Of a stretch of 64,000 nucleotides of DNA, positions 48,004 through 61,425 are shown in pieces. The notes below the pieces were generated by a model, which was not told the origin of the DNA, did no database searches, and saw only the letters and a program-made list of their open reading frames with translations. The stretch lies in NCBI GenBank assembly GCA_053919585.1, contig CM132792.1; one strand, given 5' to 3'. This stretch comes from Euprymna scolopes (Eukaryota). How positions within the stretch are numbered: the first letter of the stretch is position 1; the number at the start of each line of letters is the position of its first letter. Both the position numbers and the translations under genes were made by a program.

Positions 48004-50587
48004 TAGAGATAAATAAAAAATAAAAAGGAACAAACACAGTTATGTGTTCATCAACATTTCGTTTTTATTTCGAGACTTCCTCTGGATGAATGTGATTAAG
48101 AAACAAAAACACCAGTACAAATATTTGAAAATGTTTCATGTGCAGAGTGTGACGCTCTTCTATTTCAGAAACGGAAAAAAGACGTTGGAAATTCACACAA
48201 GGGGGCTTGTGTTGTTAAATATAGGGAGATTTTTAACAACGTCATATAGTCGTTAATATGTTTTTTTTAAAAATATGAACGCAGTTAATATTCTTTCTCG
48301 AAAGAATATATCTGTTAAAATTTAATATAGGTTTGTAACAGAAATGAAATGAGTGTGTTTTTGTTATGTAATTTATTGATTAAGATTATATGTATTAATT
48401 ATTATAGGAGGTGTTCTATGGTGTCAGGGAGTTAACCTCTGTCTACAATTAAATTATGTTTTTTTAATAAAAGTTTACTTATTAATGGCACTACGTCATC
48501 GAAACCTGCACATTGTTTAATTGTATTTGAATTTGCGATAAGCGCTGATTCAAGAAGTCTCCGGCGCGGTTTATTTGAAAAAAATTTTTTAAACTATTTT
48601 TGCTTGTTTAAAGTAAAAGGTGTGATTTTGCTGCAATGAATGAGAGAATAATGCACTTCGAGAATTGCTATTTTTTATATCTCTTTTATGTTCACTGAGC
48701 CTTTTTTCTAACTTACGTTGGGTTTCACCAACGTATTCATGATGGCAATTTTGGCAAGGAATAGTGTATATGACTTCATTGGAAACTGGTTTGTTTTGAA
48801 GAGGTTTAAGTTTCTAATATTTGTTTTATAGTTTGTGATGTGGTTTGTATGATTGGAATTCCTAGTTTGTTTAGTGTGTTGCAAATAATTATATTATTGG
48901 TGTGTGTAGGTAAAAGAAGGTGTCTATTTATGAGAGAAAGTTCTGGTCTATATGATTTTTGATTATTTATCCTGGAAGATATTTGTGTAGCGTTTCGCTT
49001 AGCATTCAATATGAAATATATGGGATTTGCAAGGTTTTCAAAGTGTGAGGTATTTTTCAAAGTGTGAGGTATTTGAATTATTAGTCCAGATATTCTAAAC
49101 TGCAAGTTCTGAATGAACGTAAGAAGAAACCAATGATCAGACTTATTTTTATTTTGTTATTATGGTGTGAATAGATGTGTATGCAATCATTTTTGTTTGT
49201 GGTTTTGCGGTGAACTTTGAAAGATAGTTTATTTCTTTATTTTTTTTATTTTTTTATTACATTTTCACCCCAAACAAGGCATATTGCCACTTTGGTGTAG
49301 GGGCTACTATCAGGGGAAACATCTACTGGGGTACTATGTAGGGATTAGGGCAGCGAGATGTTGGTTCACGTTGCACTTGAACTTATGCATGTCAGTACAG
49401 TTGGGGAAGCAGTGACCCGGAATGGAATTCCAAAGTCTAGCAGTTCTGGGGAAGAAACTACTGGAGTAGAAGGATCTTTTACATCTAGGGATCTCTACAG
49501 TGTGGGGGTGGGATTTTGCAGCTTGTCGGGTCTGTCGAGGGTGTTCACGTCGTGGGGGCACAAGTGCTTGCAGTTCTTCAGAGCATTCACCATTATAATA
49601 CTTGTAGAACAGGCAGAGGGATGCAACGTTTCGACGATGGGACAGAGGCTGAAGTTTTGATGCCAGTTTAGGGCCTATCAGATTTGCGACTCTCTTTTGA
49701 ACCCTGTCAAGGAGCGAGAGACAAGTAGCCGATGCACCGGCCCAAATATGACAGCAATACTCCATACATGGGCGAATCGTGGCCTTATAGAGGTACAGGA
49801 TACTTTCGGGTGTTAAAAGTTTTCTAGCACGGTAGAGAGAGCCCACCTTCCTTGCAGCGGCCCTGGCAATGCCCTCGATGTAACTGTTCCAACTCATGTT
49901 TCCAGTGAACGTTAGGCCAAGGAGCTTGAGAGACGTACTCTCAGATAAAGAGTCGTTGGCCATTGCTATAGGTGGTAGAGAAGGTTTCTTGTAATTATTG
50001 AATGAAACCAGTTTTGTCTTGGTGGCATTGAACGTTACCATCCATTTTTGTCCCCATTCCACTACTGATTGGAGGTCATCCTCTAGTGTTTCTGCCATTA
50101 CTTTAGATATATGTTCGTTTGTTTTCCTGTCGTGCCTGCTATAGAGTGTGGTGTCATCAGCATATATCCCCATCTCAGAGGCAATCTTGTCGGGGAGGTC
50201 ATTTATGAATATCAGGAACAGCAGATTTGGATTTTATAATAAGTATGTCTAGAAAAGGTAATGAGTGATTGTTTTCTGTTTCATAGGTAAACTTTATGGA
50301 AGGTTCGACTGAGTCTAATTTGTTTTTAATGTTATCTACGTGCGTGTTTTCATGCAGAACAATTAAAATGTCGTCAATGTATCTAATATATTCTGTGTTT
50401 GGAGGTAATCTAAATTTGGAAGGACCATATTCTAGGAACTCTAATAAAAGACAGGCTAATACTCAAATATTTGTACTGACGTTTTTGTTTATTTAATCTC
50501 ATTCATCCAGAGGAAGCCTCAAAATAAAGACGAAACGTTGATGAACACATAACACGGTTTGTTCCTTTTTATTTTTTATTTCTCTAT
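48004..50587 (-). mobile_element. 5'-truncated Penelope-like element with inverted pLTR, interrupted by a LINE
   Basis: RYIDD..IKFTYETE..LPFLDILI at 50221-50400 and GIY-YIG VIYTIPCQNCHHEYVGET near 48720-48780. Inverted terminal repeats lie at 48004-48128 and 50464-50587. Confidence 0.92.
49235..50220 (-). mobile_element. 5'-truncated LINE (subfamily C) nested in the Penelope element
   Basis: Uninterrupted 279-aa ORF (YADD..YKATIRPCMEYCCHIW), a short tail and an A-rich end. Confidence 0.95.
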
Positions 50588-50611
50588 TTTGTCAGAATAC
50601 TATTTTCATTA

Positions 50612-50675
<64 letters not shown>

Positions 50676-52242
50676 TACATATATATACATTAATAGATAG
50701 ATAGATAAGATAACACAAATTCATAAACACAAAAAAATCTGAGGAGAGAAGGGCATTATTAAATGAGGAGAGGTAGTGTAGGTATGGCATGCCAACCAAA
50801 CGCTCTACATACCCCTACTCGCTTGATAAAACCCTTTCGTATTGAAATAAATTCATAAGAAGATCGACCTAAGTTTGTGTTGTGTTTTTCTTTAAACTTT
50901 TACACACACACACACATACACACACACACACACGCATATATACATATATACATACAAACCGTTATCTAGAAAACAATGATTGTGAAACTTAATGTGATTG
51001 AACTAGTTATAAATTGTGAAATAGATAATCTCATATATGGTGTTTGAATGTTTCTACGCAATTAAGATGATTATTTGTCAGTCGCTTGACAAAGCTTTGC
51101 TGTCGATCTCGTCTTTCGTGACGAGCCGAGGCCGCCATGCATTCAGTCGTCAACATGACGTCACTATCTCCATGGAGACAATTACAAAATGGCGGAAGCG
51201 AGAAAAAAAACAAAAACGAAAGAAAAAAATAAAAGGAGAAATATTTTCACTGATCGAAAATAGGCGTGATATAATTTCAGTGAATCATAAACAAGAACGG
51301 ATATTCCGAAGATACGCCCGTTTACTCGCTATATTTTTTCTATAAATATTGGCATTTTTTATTTAAAGCATGACGAACTTGCGGTTAGGAAATTCATAGA
51401 TGCATCTATTCGTGCGATTTTGAAAATTAAGACAGACCAATTAATAAGTTATTAAAAAGTAACGTTTGAAGACTGATAAATATATAACATCACTCATCAC
51501 AGAAACATAAGACTGCATTTTAATACTTAAGCGTGACAGACCAATTAAATGCTATTTAAAACGTAAGAGAGACGTGCACATAAAATCTAATTTGCAAAAC
51601 TCACTGTTTGTCAGTCTTTATTTATTCAAAGTGCATGTACTCCGGGACGCAAAGTCATATAGCACAACGCGGGTCAAATTTAATTATTTGTGGACCGTTC
51701 GTTCATAGATTTTAACAGGTAAAAATAGCTGCTAAGGAAACAACATTGTAAAAAACCCTTGGAACTTGACAAGAGTAAGTCGACTAAAAGTGTTATTGGT
51801 TTGCATGTATAACTACATACATTTTTACGTTAAATTTATGCAATTTCTAATGGGTTCTTATTTATGTGACAATAGCTAAAACAGTAACGACTAAGGCCAA
51901 AGTGCGATATGTTTTGGTTTCGATTCTAGTTAATAGCACCTAAGTGATATGTTTTTTTTTTAATTTCTGAAATCACTAATTGAGTGCAATATAATCTATA
52001 CATTAATACGATAGCGTGTGTGTTATTGTCTGTGTCACGCTTACACCTTTTTCCTTCCGAGTGACTGTCGTTTAATTGTCATGACCGTCCAGTTCTTTAA
52101 TAAATAATTTCTCCATAAGTACTGGTTTCGGTTTCGATTATAACTGATGGCACTAACGTCATTTATTCTTTTTTATATATAATTTTACAAGAATTATTCA
52201 TAAGTTTTGGTTTCGGTTTTGATCATAGCTGAGGAACTAAAG

Positions 52243-52289
<47 letters not shown>

Positions 52290-52290
<1 letters not shown>

Positions 52291-53028
52291 TAGCAAAAGT
52301 ACCCGTCGTTAACTGGGTTCAAAAACAGCCTACAGAAAATAAACTCTGATTTATGAAAGTATGATAGGTTATTAAAAGGAAGGGTTGTAAGGAGATAGCT
52401 TCGAATTTGAGGGTATAAAAACCAAAGCAAAATATGATAAAAGTAAAAATAAAATAGATAAACCCCATAATTTATTATACCATACCTGTTCACAGGGAAA
52501 CACTTATCACAATATTCTGTGGATATATATTAAAAACCTTGTTAAACTTTGTGACATATTTCCATTCTATGGAGGTAAGGCGCGAACGTACACCCCATCA
52601 TTTTATTATACCATATTTCTTCAAACTGAAACATAATGATCAAAGTATACTTAGGCAGATAGATATGAAAAGTCTTTATTAAAGTTTGTGCCTATTTCCA
52701 TTCTATGGAGGCCAGGCGCGTACGCAAACCCCACAATTTTATTATACCATCCCTATTTAAGTTAAAACATACTTCTCAAAGTATTCTTATGTACATCTAT
52801 ATCAAAAACACTTGTAAACGTTTTTTTTTTTTTCAGTTTTAAATTTTTTATTTCCATACTTTGTGGACCAGGTGCGAACGCAGATCCCACAATTTTAATG
52901 AACCACCGTTCTGCCAGATCAAACATGCCCATTCCTGTGTCTCGATACATGTTCTATCATTAGATGTGATCAGTTTTCTATAATAGTCAACCATATAGGA
53001 GCCTATTCGTGACCAGACACACCCACAT
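52290..53028 (-). mobile_element. second copy of the non-autonomous Helitron-like element, 5' end in the gap
   Basis: Reverse-complement homolog of 35150-35890 with the same CTAG|T end and hairpin. Confidence 0.8.
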
Positions 53029-53197
53029 NNNNNNNNNNNNNNNNNNNNNNNNNNNNNNNNNNNNNNNNNNNNNNNNNNNNNNNNNNNNNNNNNNNNNNNN
53101 NNNNNNNNNNNNNNNNNNNNNNNNNNNNNNNNNNNNNNNNNNNNNNNNNNNNNNNNNNNNNNNNNNNNNNNNNNNNATTCAAGCTAATGCACCCAAG

Positions 53198-53261
<64 letters not shown>

Positions 53262-53439
53262 TTTTACTTTTGCAATAACGACTTGATTATATAATAATAT
53301 ATACGACATCTGTATAAATTAAAATATCATATTTAAGCGTATTTTACAACTGAGGCACGCCGCGTTCCCCTGCCCACTTAGATAAATACTTTTGCAGTTT
53401 TTACAAAAGAGCTACAATAACCGTCAATCTTCCCCCTTT

Positions 53440-53742
53440 TAATCTGCGGTAAGGATCCTATTTGGAACGTCCTGGATATGACCTTAAATTATATCCGATA
53501 GTGACGCCCCAGTTTACGGGCGTTGGGGAGTGTAGAACCACCCTTTAATTGCCATTGCTCCCAGGTCCACTCTGACTCGGAATATAGTACTTGTTAGGGT
53601 CCCAACTATGGGTTAAATAGAAACCGACTTAAAAAAAACCCAAATATAATCTATTAAAAAATTGTTCTTCAAAATCACTTGATTCGGCATTAATAAACCT
53701 GAAAAGGGTTGATATGCCGTAAAACAAAAACAACTAACCTAT
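53440..53742 (+). mobile_element. SINE-like interspersed repeat
   Basis: GC-richer block ending gttgatatgccgtaaaac, which recurs inverted at about 58595-58612. The family assignment is by resemblance. Confidence 0.45.
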
Positions 53743-54144
53743 TTGTAAATAAAACATTACCAAAAAAAAAAAAAAAAAACCCAAAGAACGGACCGACTGA
53801 CAAAATCTCTTCGTGAGATAATGGGACGCATAAAAAAGGTGAAACTAATTATTATTATTATTATTCCATGCACGGAAATAGACGAATTTGTAAATAGAAC
53901 AAATGCTGAAACAAAGAAAAAACATATTTTGCGACCTTGGAAGGGGGTCATCGTCGCAGATTTGAGGTCGATATAGTGGCGATGAATAACGAGTTCAAAG
54001 TTCACTGATCCGCGTTGAAAGATACTCCTCTCCGCGCATAGGTAGAAGAATAGTGAAAAAGTCTGCTATTTGTTATGGGAAAGGTCAATTTATGATCAAC
54101 TTATCTGATGACTGAAGTCTGGTTCAGATTAAACAAATTAGAAA

Positions 54145-54227
<83 letters not shown>

Positions 54228-54417
54228 GCAGGTTTTGAATATATATGGCATTTAAGCTACACAGAATTGACTGTGTTTTATCCTCATGAGAATCTGACAC
54301 GCAGAAATTTTTATGTAGCCTCATTGCTATATGTATTTTGAGCACTGTCGACGTAAATACTGAGAATAGACAAAAATATATAGATACATTATATATATAT
54401 CTTCTAATTCTTTCTTT

Positions 54418-54448
<31 letters not shown>

Positions 54449-54451
<3 letters not shown>

Positions 54452-56241
54452 TGGCACCAAAGAGGAAGTTCGCACTTATCATTTTTTTGCAAAAATCTTA
54501 AATTTTTGCTAAATTGAATCCTTCGGCCCGGGATCAAAGTGTAGTATCTGTTCTGCAGATGCTGCACATAAGTTAATTGGTTGTTGGTCAATGTAGAGGA
54601 AACCTTTCATACTGAGACAATTACTATTTTTTTGGATACTGCAAGAGTTCCCTCCCTTTTTACCCTTGTTTTAGGGTAGCTGGTTTAATCCCACATAAAA
54701 AAACGACGTTGTGTCTAATTTGCTTTCGCGGGGAAGAAAATAAATATATAAATTGAATGCAACTGTTTAACCTACCTATACCTTATTTGATTTGCCTTTT
54801 ATGCCTCTATAATTTTACCTGTTCATATTTGCCTTTAAAAGGAAGTCTTATGGTGTTCACGCTAATTTAAAAAATTAACTTCAAATAAAGAAGGCAACAA
54901 GAAACTGCACAGCAACAAATGAGCTTAAAACCAGAATAAAATACCCATTTTTAGGCATCTCTAATCGCAATTGTTATTGTTTCAGGCTATACAATGTAAC
55001 ATTTAGTCCATATGCATCGTCTTTCTCTTAATGATCACCAGGAGCTCATGTCCACCTTTCTAATTTATCCAATTGCGAAATCGGCTGCAGATTGAAATGG
55101 GATGAGTAAACGGAACTAATGAAAGTATAAAAGCACCAGTGTTCGTGATGCCCCTAAATCTGGTCGTCTTAGAGTTACTTCTTACAGAAAAGACAATGCT
55201 ATTAAGATTCACAATCTCAGAAACAGATTTGAAACGGCTTCCCAAATCCAACAACAGTGTAATCTTGTTAAAAAGTACCCTCTTTCCACAGTTAAAAACA
55301 GATCGCAGAAATTTAATTTGCGAGGCTGTTTTGCTAGACGCAAGCCAATGATTTCTGGAAGGAACAGAAAGCGCCGTCTTGAGTTCGTCAGATGAACTAA
55401 AGATCGTGGCTTTTTATATTGGTCGAAAGTTTAATAGGCTAGGCATGATGGTAGGCAGTAAGTCTGTCGAACGAAGGACGAAGAATTTAGTCCTACGTAC
55501 ACAGTTTCAAAGCTGCTAGGTGGTGGAGATTCAGTTTTGGTGAGGGGCGTTATTAGTGCCAATGGCCCATGGCCTATAGTTCGCGTGTAAGTTTTAATGC
55601 ATTCGCCCAAGTACATTAATATGTTTCTACCCTAATCTGCCCGGGATTTAAATAACAATCCCATCTTTATGCAGAATAATGCTTCCAATCACATAACTGG
55701 CAATGTCAAGAAGTTCCTTGAAAAGCATGATATTCTGTGTTTCGATTGGCCTGCACAATCTCCAGACCCCAATCCTATCGAAAACGTATAATATTACATC
55801 AAGCAACAGCTACGCAATGATAAAATTTCAAATATGGAAAAACTTTGGACAAAAATAAGAGAAGTGGGATACCCTTTCACCGGGGTATTGCCACAGATAA
55901 TTCAAGGAATGCCCAAAAGAATGCAGACTGTCAAATTGCAGAAGGGCTATGCTAGTAAATATTAACTACATCATTATGTTCCTGTTGTATTTGTGTTGCA
56001 TTTAAATAAAACTTTTACATTGTGAGGAGTTTCTTTTTGCTTCTCGTTTTGAAGTTATTATTTTTTAAAATTGACGTTAACACTAGGATACTTCAATTAA
56101 AAGGCAAATATGAACAGGTAAAATCATAGAGGAATAAAAAGCGAATCAAATGAGGTGAAAGTTGTTTAAACAGTTATATTCAGTTTAGCTAAAAATTGCA
56201 GTTTTTGAAAAAATGACACATGGTGACTTTCTTTTTGGCGC

Positions 56242-56246
<5 letters not shown>
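54449..56246 (+). mobile_element. decayed Tc1-like transposon with ~220-bp TIRs and an insertion in the left TIR (~54520-54750)
   Basis: Ends cagtggcaccaaa and tttggcgccact sit in TA tracts, with long matching TIR segments. Transposase remnants read FMQNNASNH, WPAQSPDPNPIEN and KGYASKY. Confidence 0.9.
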
Positions 56247-56299
<53 letters not shown>

Positions 56300-56676
56300 G
56301 CGCCAAAAAGAAAGTCAGCACACACAAACGTTATTGAATAGCACGAAATGTTCTGTTTCATTAATATTTTGGGCCTTCTAGATCTTTGAATAAGCCATTG
56401 CTTATTTCTATCTAATTATCATATGCAACCTGCGTTCATTTTTTTTTTCTATCTTTCCTTGTTTTTTCATTTGCGAGTACTTTCGACTGATTCACAAAAA
56501 TGTTATCAGACCCGCTTGCTAAATATATAAAATGCACACTCAGATACGCACATACACACACACACACATACGCGCACACATAGACACAGACACGCGCGCG
56601 CGCACACACACACGTATATATATATAAGAGAAAATAGTTAATAAAATGTTAAAAAACATGTTAAAATAGTTAGTTT

Positions 56677-56721
<45 letters not shown>

Positions 56722-56891
56722 GGTATCAGTTTTAATGTTTGGCATATATAATAATGCATCTACTGTATCTCCATATACAGTGCGGGGTGGTCCTTTACTA
56801 GAGCAGAAAATCAATCGTTTTGATTAAAATGTAGCATGGGACAGTTGTTGATTCGCATGCAATATCTCTCTCACTCTCTCTCTATATATAT

Positions 56892-57302
56892 TAGTGATGG
56901 GACGATTCCAATATTTTCCCTGATTTCGATGCAATTACCGATTCCCATTGCGATTCATTATACATCTCTAAATATTTAACTATTAAGTTCTTATTTTTTA
57001 ACGATTACCGATGTTAAATGTACATATGTTTTGTCAAACGTAACAAAAAAAAAAACACTTCATTTTAGATGATCTATAGATTTCAGTTTTACTGTAAAAA
57101 GCCGGTAAACATTTATTATTTTATTGTTACTACCAACAGTAGAAGATTTTGTTTTACATAAAATCGGATTAAAAAAAAGATAATTTAAGGAATCATTTTT
57201 GGTGTTGGAAAATAAGCACGATTTTTTCCGATTCCGATACCCCCAAAAATTCCGATTTTTCCGATTTTACATTCCAGTTCTGATTAAATCGGCCCAACAC
57301 TA
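56892..57302 (+). mobile_element. hAT MITE, third copy
   Basis: Ends tagtgatgggacgatt and aatcggcccaacacta, with a degenerate 8-bp TSD (atatatat / acatataa). Confidence 0.8.
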
Positions 57303-57810
57303 ACATATAAGAAAGAAAAAGAAAGAAATTTCATTGCTGGAATTATACGCAGTACCTCTTGTATGCGTCGTAGTTCCTTCCTTCCTCCATTCCTCCGGAA
57401 GCGGAAACCTTACCATATAGAAACCCGTATTTTGTCTGTCAAGCTCGGTTGAGGAGAGACGGGACCGTAAAAAGGTCGTGGATGTTGGCAATAAGAGAAA
57501 GCCGATGTCGGAAAGATGGCATGGGAGCTGGAGGTAGTGGGATGTGACAGGAAAGAAACGCCACTTTTTGTCATTGGACCAACGAAATTATACGGAAAAA
57601 GCCGATCATATCTGACTACGCCGGAACTTGCTGTCATGCTAATAGATATAGGGAAAACAATGTTATTTTTCGAGTCGGAATAAATGGTGGGTATCTTTGT
57701 TTGCCTTCTTCAGCGGAGAGAGTGGCACCACGTATGAAAGAGGTGATCTATTTAAAGAATTTCGGTTCCTTCCTAGCACAGTCCTTTCACTATTTCTCGA
57801 TTGCTCTCAC

Positions 57811-58557
57811 TTTTTTTTACACAGGAATCACCACTTATCAAGGCCTGAAGGGCACCCGAGGATAAGGGTTAATAGGTATACATTAGTCAATGTGATTATA
57901 GCATAGTAATTATAAGTAGTGTGAATTTTGTAAATTGGATTAGTTAGGGGGGCGGTTCATCAAGAACTTGTTTACTTTGGACTTGAAGACAATCAAATGT
58001 AGTCAGCTGGAACGCTGGCATTAGGAAGAGAATTCCACAGGCGTGTAGTTCTAAGGAAGAAGGTTTGTTAATGGAATCTAAATTTAGCTTTAGATAAAGA
58101 GTGGGGGAAATTATTGATAGTTGTTTTGGCTAGACGAGTGTCTTTCGCGAAAGTTTGGTGAGCGGGAACCATAAATTGAAGCTCAGCTGAGCACTTGCCA
58201 TGAAAATAACGATAAAGCAGAGACAGGCTCGCAGCGTCTTTTCTGTGGGAGAGAGGTTGCAGGGAAGAAATAAGGTATCCCCCACTATGCTACGAAGTCT
58301 ATTTTGAACTGTGAAGGCGGGATAAGCTGTTTCTAGCATCCCCTGCTCAGTACTCCATCAGTGCCCGTATCTGGCTTTTATATAGGTAAAGGATTGCATC
58401 AGGAGTGAGATATCTACTGGAGCAGTAGAAGGATCCTTTCATTTTTCCAGCGACCCTGGCAATGGATTTGATATACGTGTTCCATTCCAGGTCAGGAGTA
58501 AAGGTAAAGCCCAGAAGCTTGTCAAACATGAAGCCTCCCCAAAACGAGAGCCATTCA
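57811..58557 (-). mobile_element. older LINE 3' fragment with tail
   Basis: FDKLLGFTFTPDLEWNTYIKS..YKSQIR, the conserved tail and an A-tract. Confidence 0.9.
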
Positions 58558-59091
58558 TTTAAACCGATTCTCATTGTTTTCAAATATATTACTCGTTTTA
58601 CGGCATATCAACCACTTCATTTCATTCTATATTATTGTCATGTCCCTGATGTGTCATAAATATATATTTGTAAATAAAGGGGTTTAAGGATAGAATTATT
58701 GAAGCCATACATGACACCCGGGCAAGTTTTATCACTTTCAATCATACTATTGTTTAGGTTCAAAACCAAAGCTAATTAGGATAAACATGATTTGATTAGT
58801 TGACAAGGTCCATTAGGCTAAAGAAAAAAAATTAAATGTTAGGGAGCTTTGGGGTCAACACTTTGTTCAAAAGTGTTTAAAGCAGTTTNNNNNNNNNNNN
58901 NNNNNNNNNNNNNNNNNNNNNNNNNNNNNNNNNNNNNNNNNNNNNNNNNNNNNNNNNNNNNNNNNNNNNNNNNNNNNNNNNNNNNNNNNNNNNNNNNNNN
59001 NNNNNNNNNNNNNNNNNNNNNNNNNNNNNNNNNNNNNNNNNNNAGAGGTAAGGTAACCAGTGAGGCATAACAAGGTTAATAGAAAATTTCC

Positions 59092-60362
59092 TTGCAAGAT
59101 CTACCGCAGATATGCTGACGGTTATATCTCACAGGATTAGTGAATCTCTTGACAAAGGCTTCCTTTCCAGGGCAATTGCTCTTGACATATCAAAGGCCTT
59201 CGACAAGGTACGGCATAAAGGTCTACTTCACAAGATTTCCAGCTACGGTATAACTGGAAATGTTTTCTCAATCATTAAATCATTTCTCTCCGATAGGCTC
59301 ATAAGAGTAGTGGTCGATGGACAAAAATCGAAGGCCTGCAGTATTAATGCTGGAATCCCTCAGGGGTCAATCCTGGGCCCAACTCTCTTCCTGATCTACA
59401 TCAATGACCTCCCTAAACACATACTTAAATCATTCGTTGACATCTATGCTGATGACACGACCATCTACGGCAACACATCAAAGGCTGTAAATGACAAAGT
59501 TCTCTCTGATTCTCTCTCCTCTGATCTCGAGCGCGTGGTTCAGTGGGGGAAGACGTGGCTGGTAACCTTTAATGCATCCAAAACCAAACTCCTATCCTTA
59601 CATCATCAACGCTCTGATTGGGATGGATGGCTCTCGTCTGGGAGAGGCCCCGTGTTTTGACAAGCTTCTGGGTTTGACCTTTACTCCTGATCTGAAATGG
59701 AACGCGTACATCAAGTCTGTTGCCAAGGTCGCTGGAAAGATGGTGGGATCCTTCTATCGCTCCAGAAGATATCTCACTACTGATGCAATTCTCTATCTAT
59801 ATAAAAGCCAAGTACGTCCAAGGATGGAATATTGCTGCCATATCTGGGCAGGAGCTGCTAAAAACAGCCTATCTTGCCTTGACAGAGTACAAAATAGACT
59901 TCGTGGCTTAGTGGGGGATGCCCTTTTCTCTACCCTGCAACCTCTCTCCCACAGAAGATACGTTGCGAACCTATCATTGTTTTATCGTTATTTCCATGGC
60001 AGGTGCTCGTCTGAACTCCAATCTCTGGTCCCCCCTCGCCAATCTTTCACGAAAAACACCCGTCTAGCTGAATCCACTGTGAAAATTTCCCCCACTCTAT
60101 CTGCCTAAATCAAAACGTGGATTCCATGAAAAAAGCTTCTTTCTTAGAACTGCACGCCTGTGGAACTCTGTTCCGTCTGCCTGCTTCCCACCTGACTACA
60201 ACTTGGATGTCTTTAAGTCCAACGTTAACAAATTCCTAATGAACCGCCCCCTTAAGTAAACACTTCATCAAATCTCCACACTAACGTAATGTACTTGCAA
60301 TAACCCTTATCACTGAGTGGCTTCCGGGCCTTGATAAGTGGTGACCACTGTGTAAAAAAAAA
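59092..60362 (+). mobile_element. 5'-truncated LINE (subfamily B) with polyA
   Basis: RT ORFs 59112..59660 and 59572..60108 are frameshifted, followed by the tail and an A-tract. Confidence 0.95.
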
Positions 60363-60399
60363 GATTGCTCAATACCGAAGTAGAGCAAGATATATTTAT

Positions 60400-60630
60400 T
60401 TGTTTTTACATAAGCAGTAATATATTGCTACGCAGTCACGAGCATGTTTCCGTTAGCTAGTTTTTAGAAACTAGAGACTTCGACATGTGGTCTTTCATAT
60501 AGAAAAGCAAATATTGCACACTTTGCTTGCATTTAAGACCGCCTGAAGAGGTCTCTAGGTTCTAAAAACTAGCTGACCGAAACATGCTCATGACTGTGTA
60601 GCAATATATTACTGCTTATATCAAAAACAA
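60400..60630. repeat. ~80-bp inverted repeat (pLTR-like) containing a hammerhead motif
   Basis: Arms at 60400-60478 and 60551-60630, with CTGAAGA-GGTC..GACC-GAAAC at 60543-60583. Confidence 0.85.
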
Positions 60631-60964
60631 GGCAACAAAGTTTCAATTTTATTGGACCTTTTTAATATTTTCAATTTTATAATGGTCTTTTTGTGTTTAG
60701 ATCGAAATAATTAATATAAGTTGCAAGTGTAGTTCTAAGTTGGTCGCGGAGGTGCTTTTCATCTTCCCAAATACATGATCAAGGAGGATGTGTGAATATT
60801 ATTTGCGAAGAGGGCTGGTAGTTTATTTTTACATAGTAAAAGTGGTGAATGCATGCGAACTCTGTGAGGGCCCGGTGCAGACGTGGGAGTGCCAGTCTCT
60901 GTGGTCAGTATAGTGTCACTTAGGGAGTGGGGTTACAACAAGTTCTCGAGTGTGTTTGGGGTTA

Positions 60965-61425
60965 AACTAAATGCATACAATTAAAATTACACGATCCTTT
61001 AGTGCAACATGAATCCACAACCCATGAATTCCGATGCAACTTAATTAAAAGCCAAATTATCATCGCCGAAATAATAATTCGGAAACATACCAACGAACTC
61101 GTAGACCTTGAACACAAAATCAAGCACTGCGTTACCGACGAACAAAACACAGAAATCTAACAACGACTCGCCGAGATTGTTACCAACTTTAAAATCGATA
61201 AAAAATGAAACCCCATCTAGAAAGAAACTATCTTATTACCAAACGACACACAGCATAACATCAACCTAACTGACCACGAACCCACAGAGCACCAAAAGGA
61301 GTTCCAAAACCTCGGACCGAATTACCATTTATTCGATCGGTTAAACGACCAAAACAAAATAGCCGAAATCGAATTACTATATGAAAACATACTCAAACTT
61401 GAAACCGAAAAGATAATCAGTTTAC
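60965..61425 (+). mobile_element. Penelope-like ORF N-terminal remnant
   Basis: INLTDHEPTEHQKEFQNLGPNY resembles the NLS..LT...L..GL.F motif that precedes Penelope RT. Confidence 0.6.

Noticed and set aside
57335-57778. Possible solo LTR (TGCT...AGCA)
   Set aside because: There is no TSD or partner copy, so it cannot be supported.
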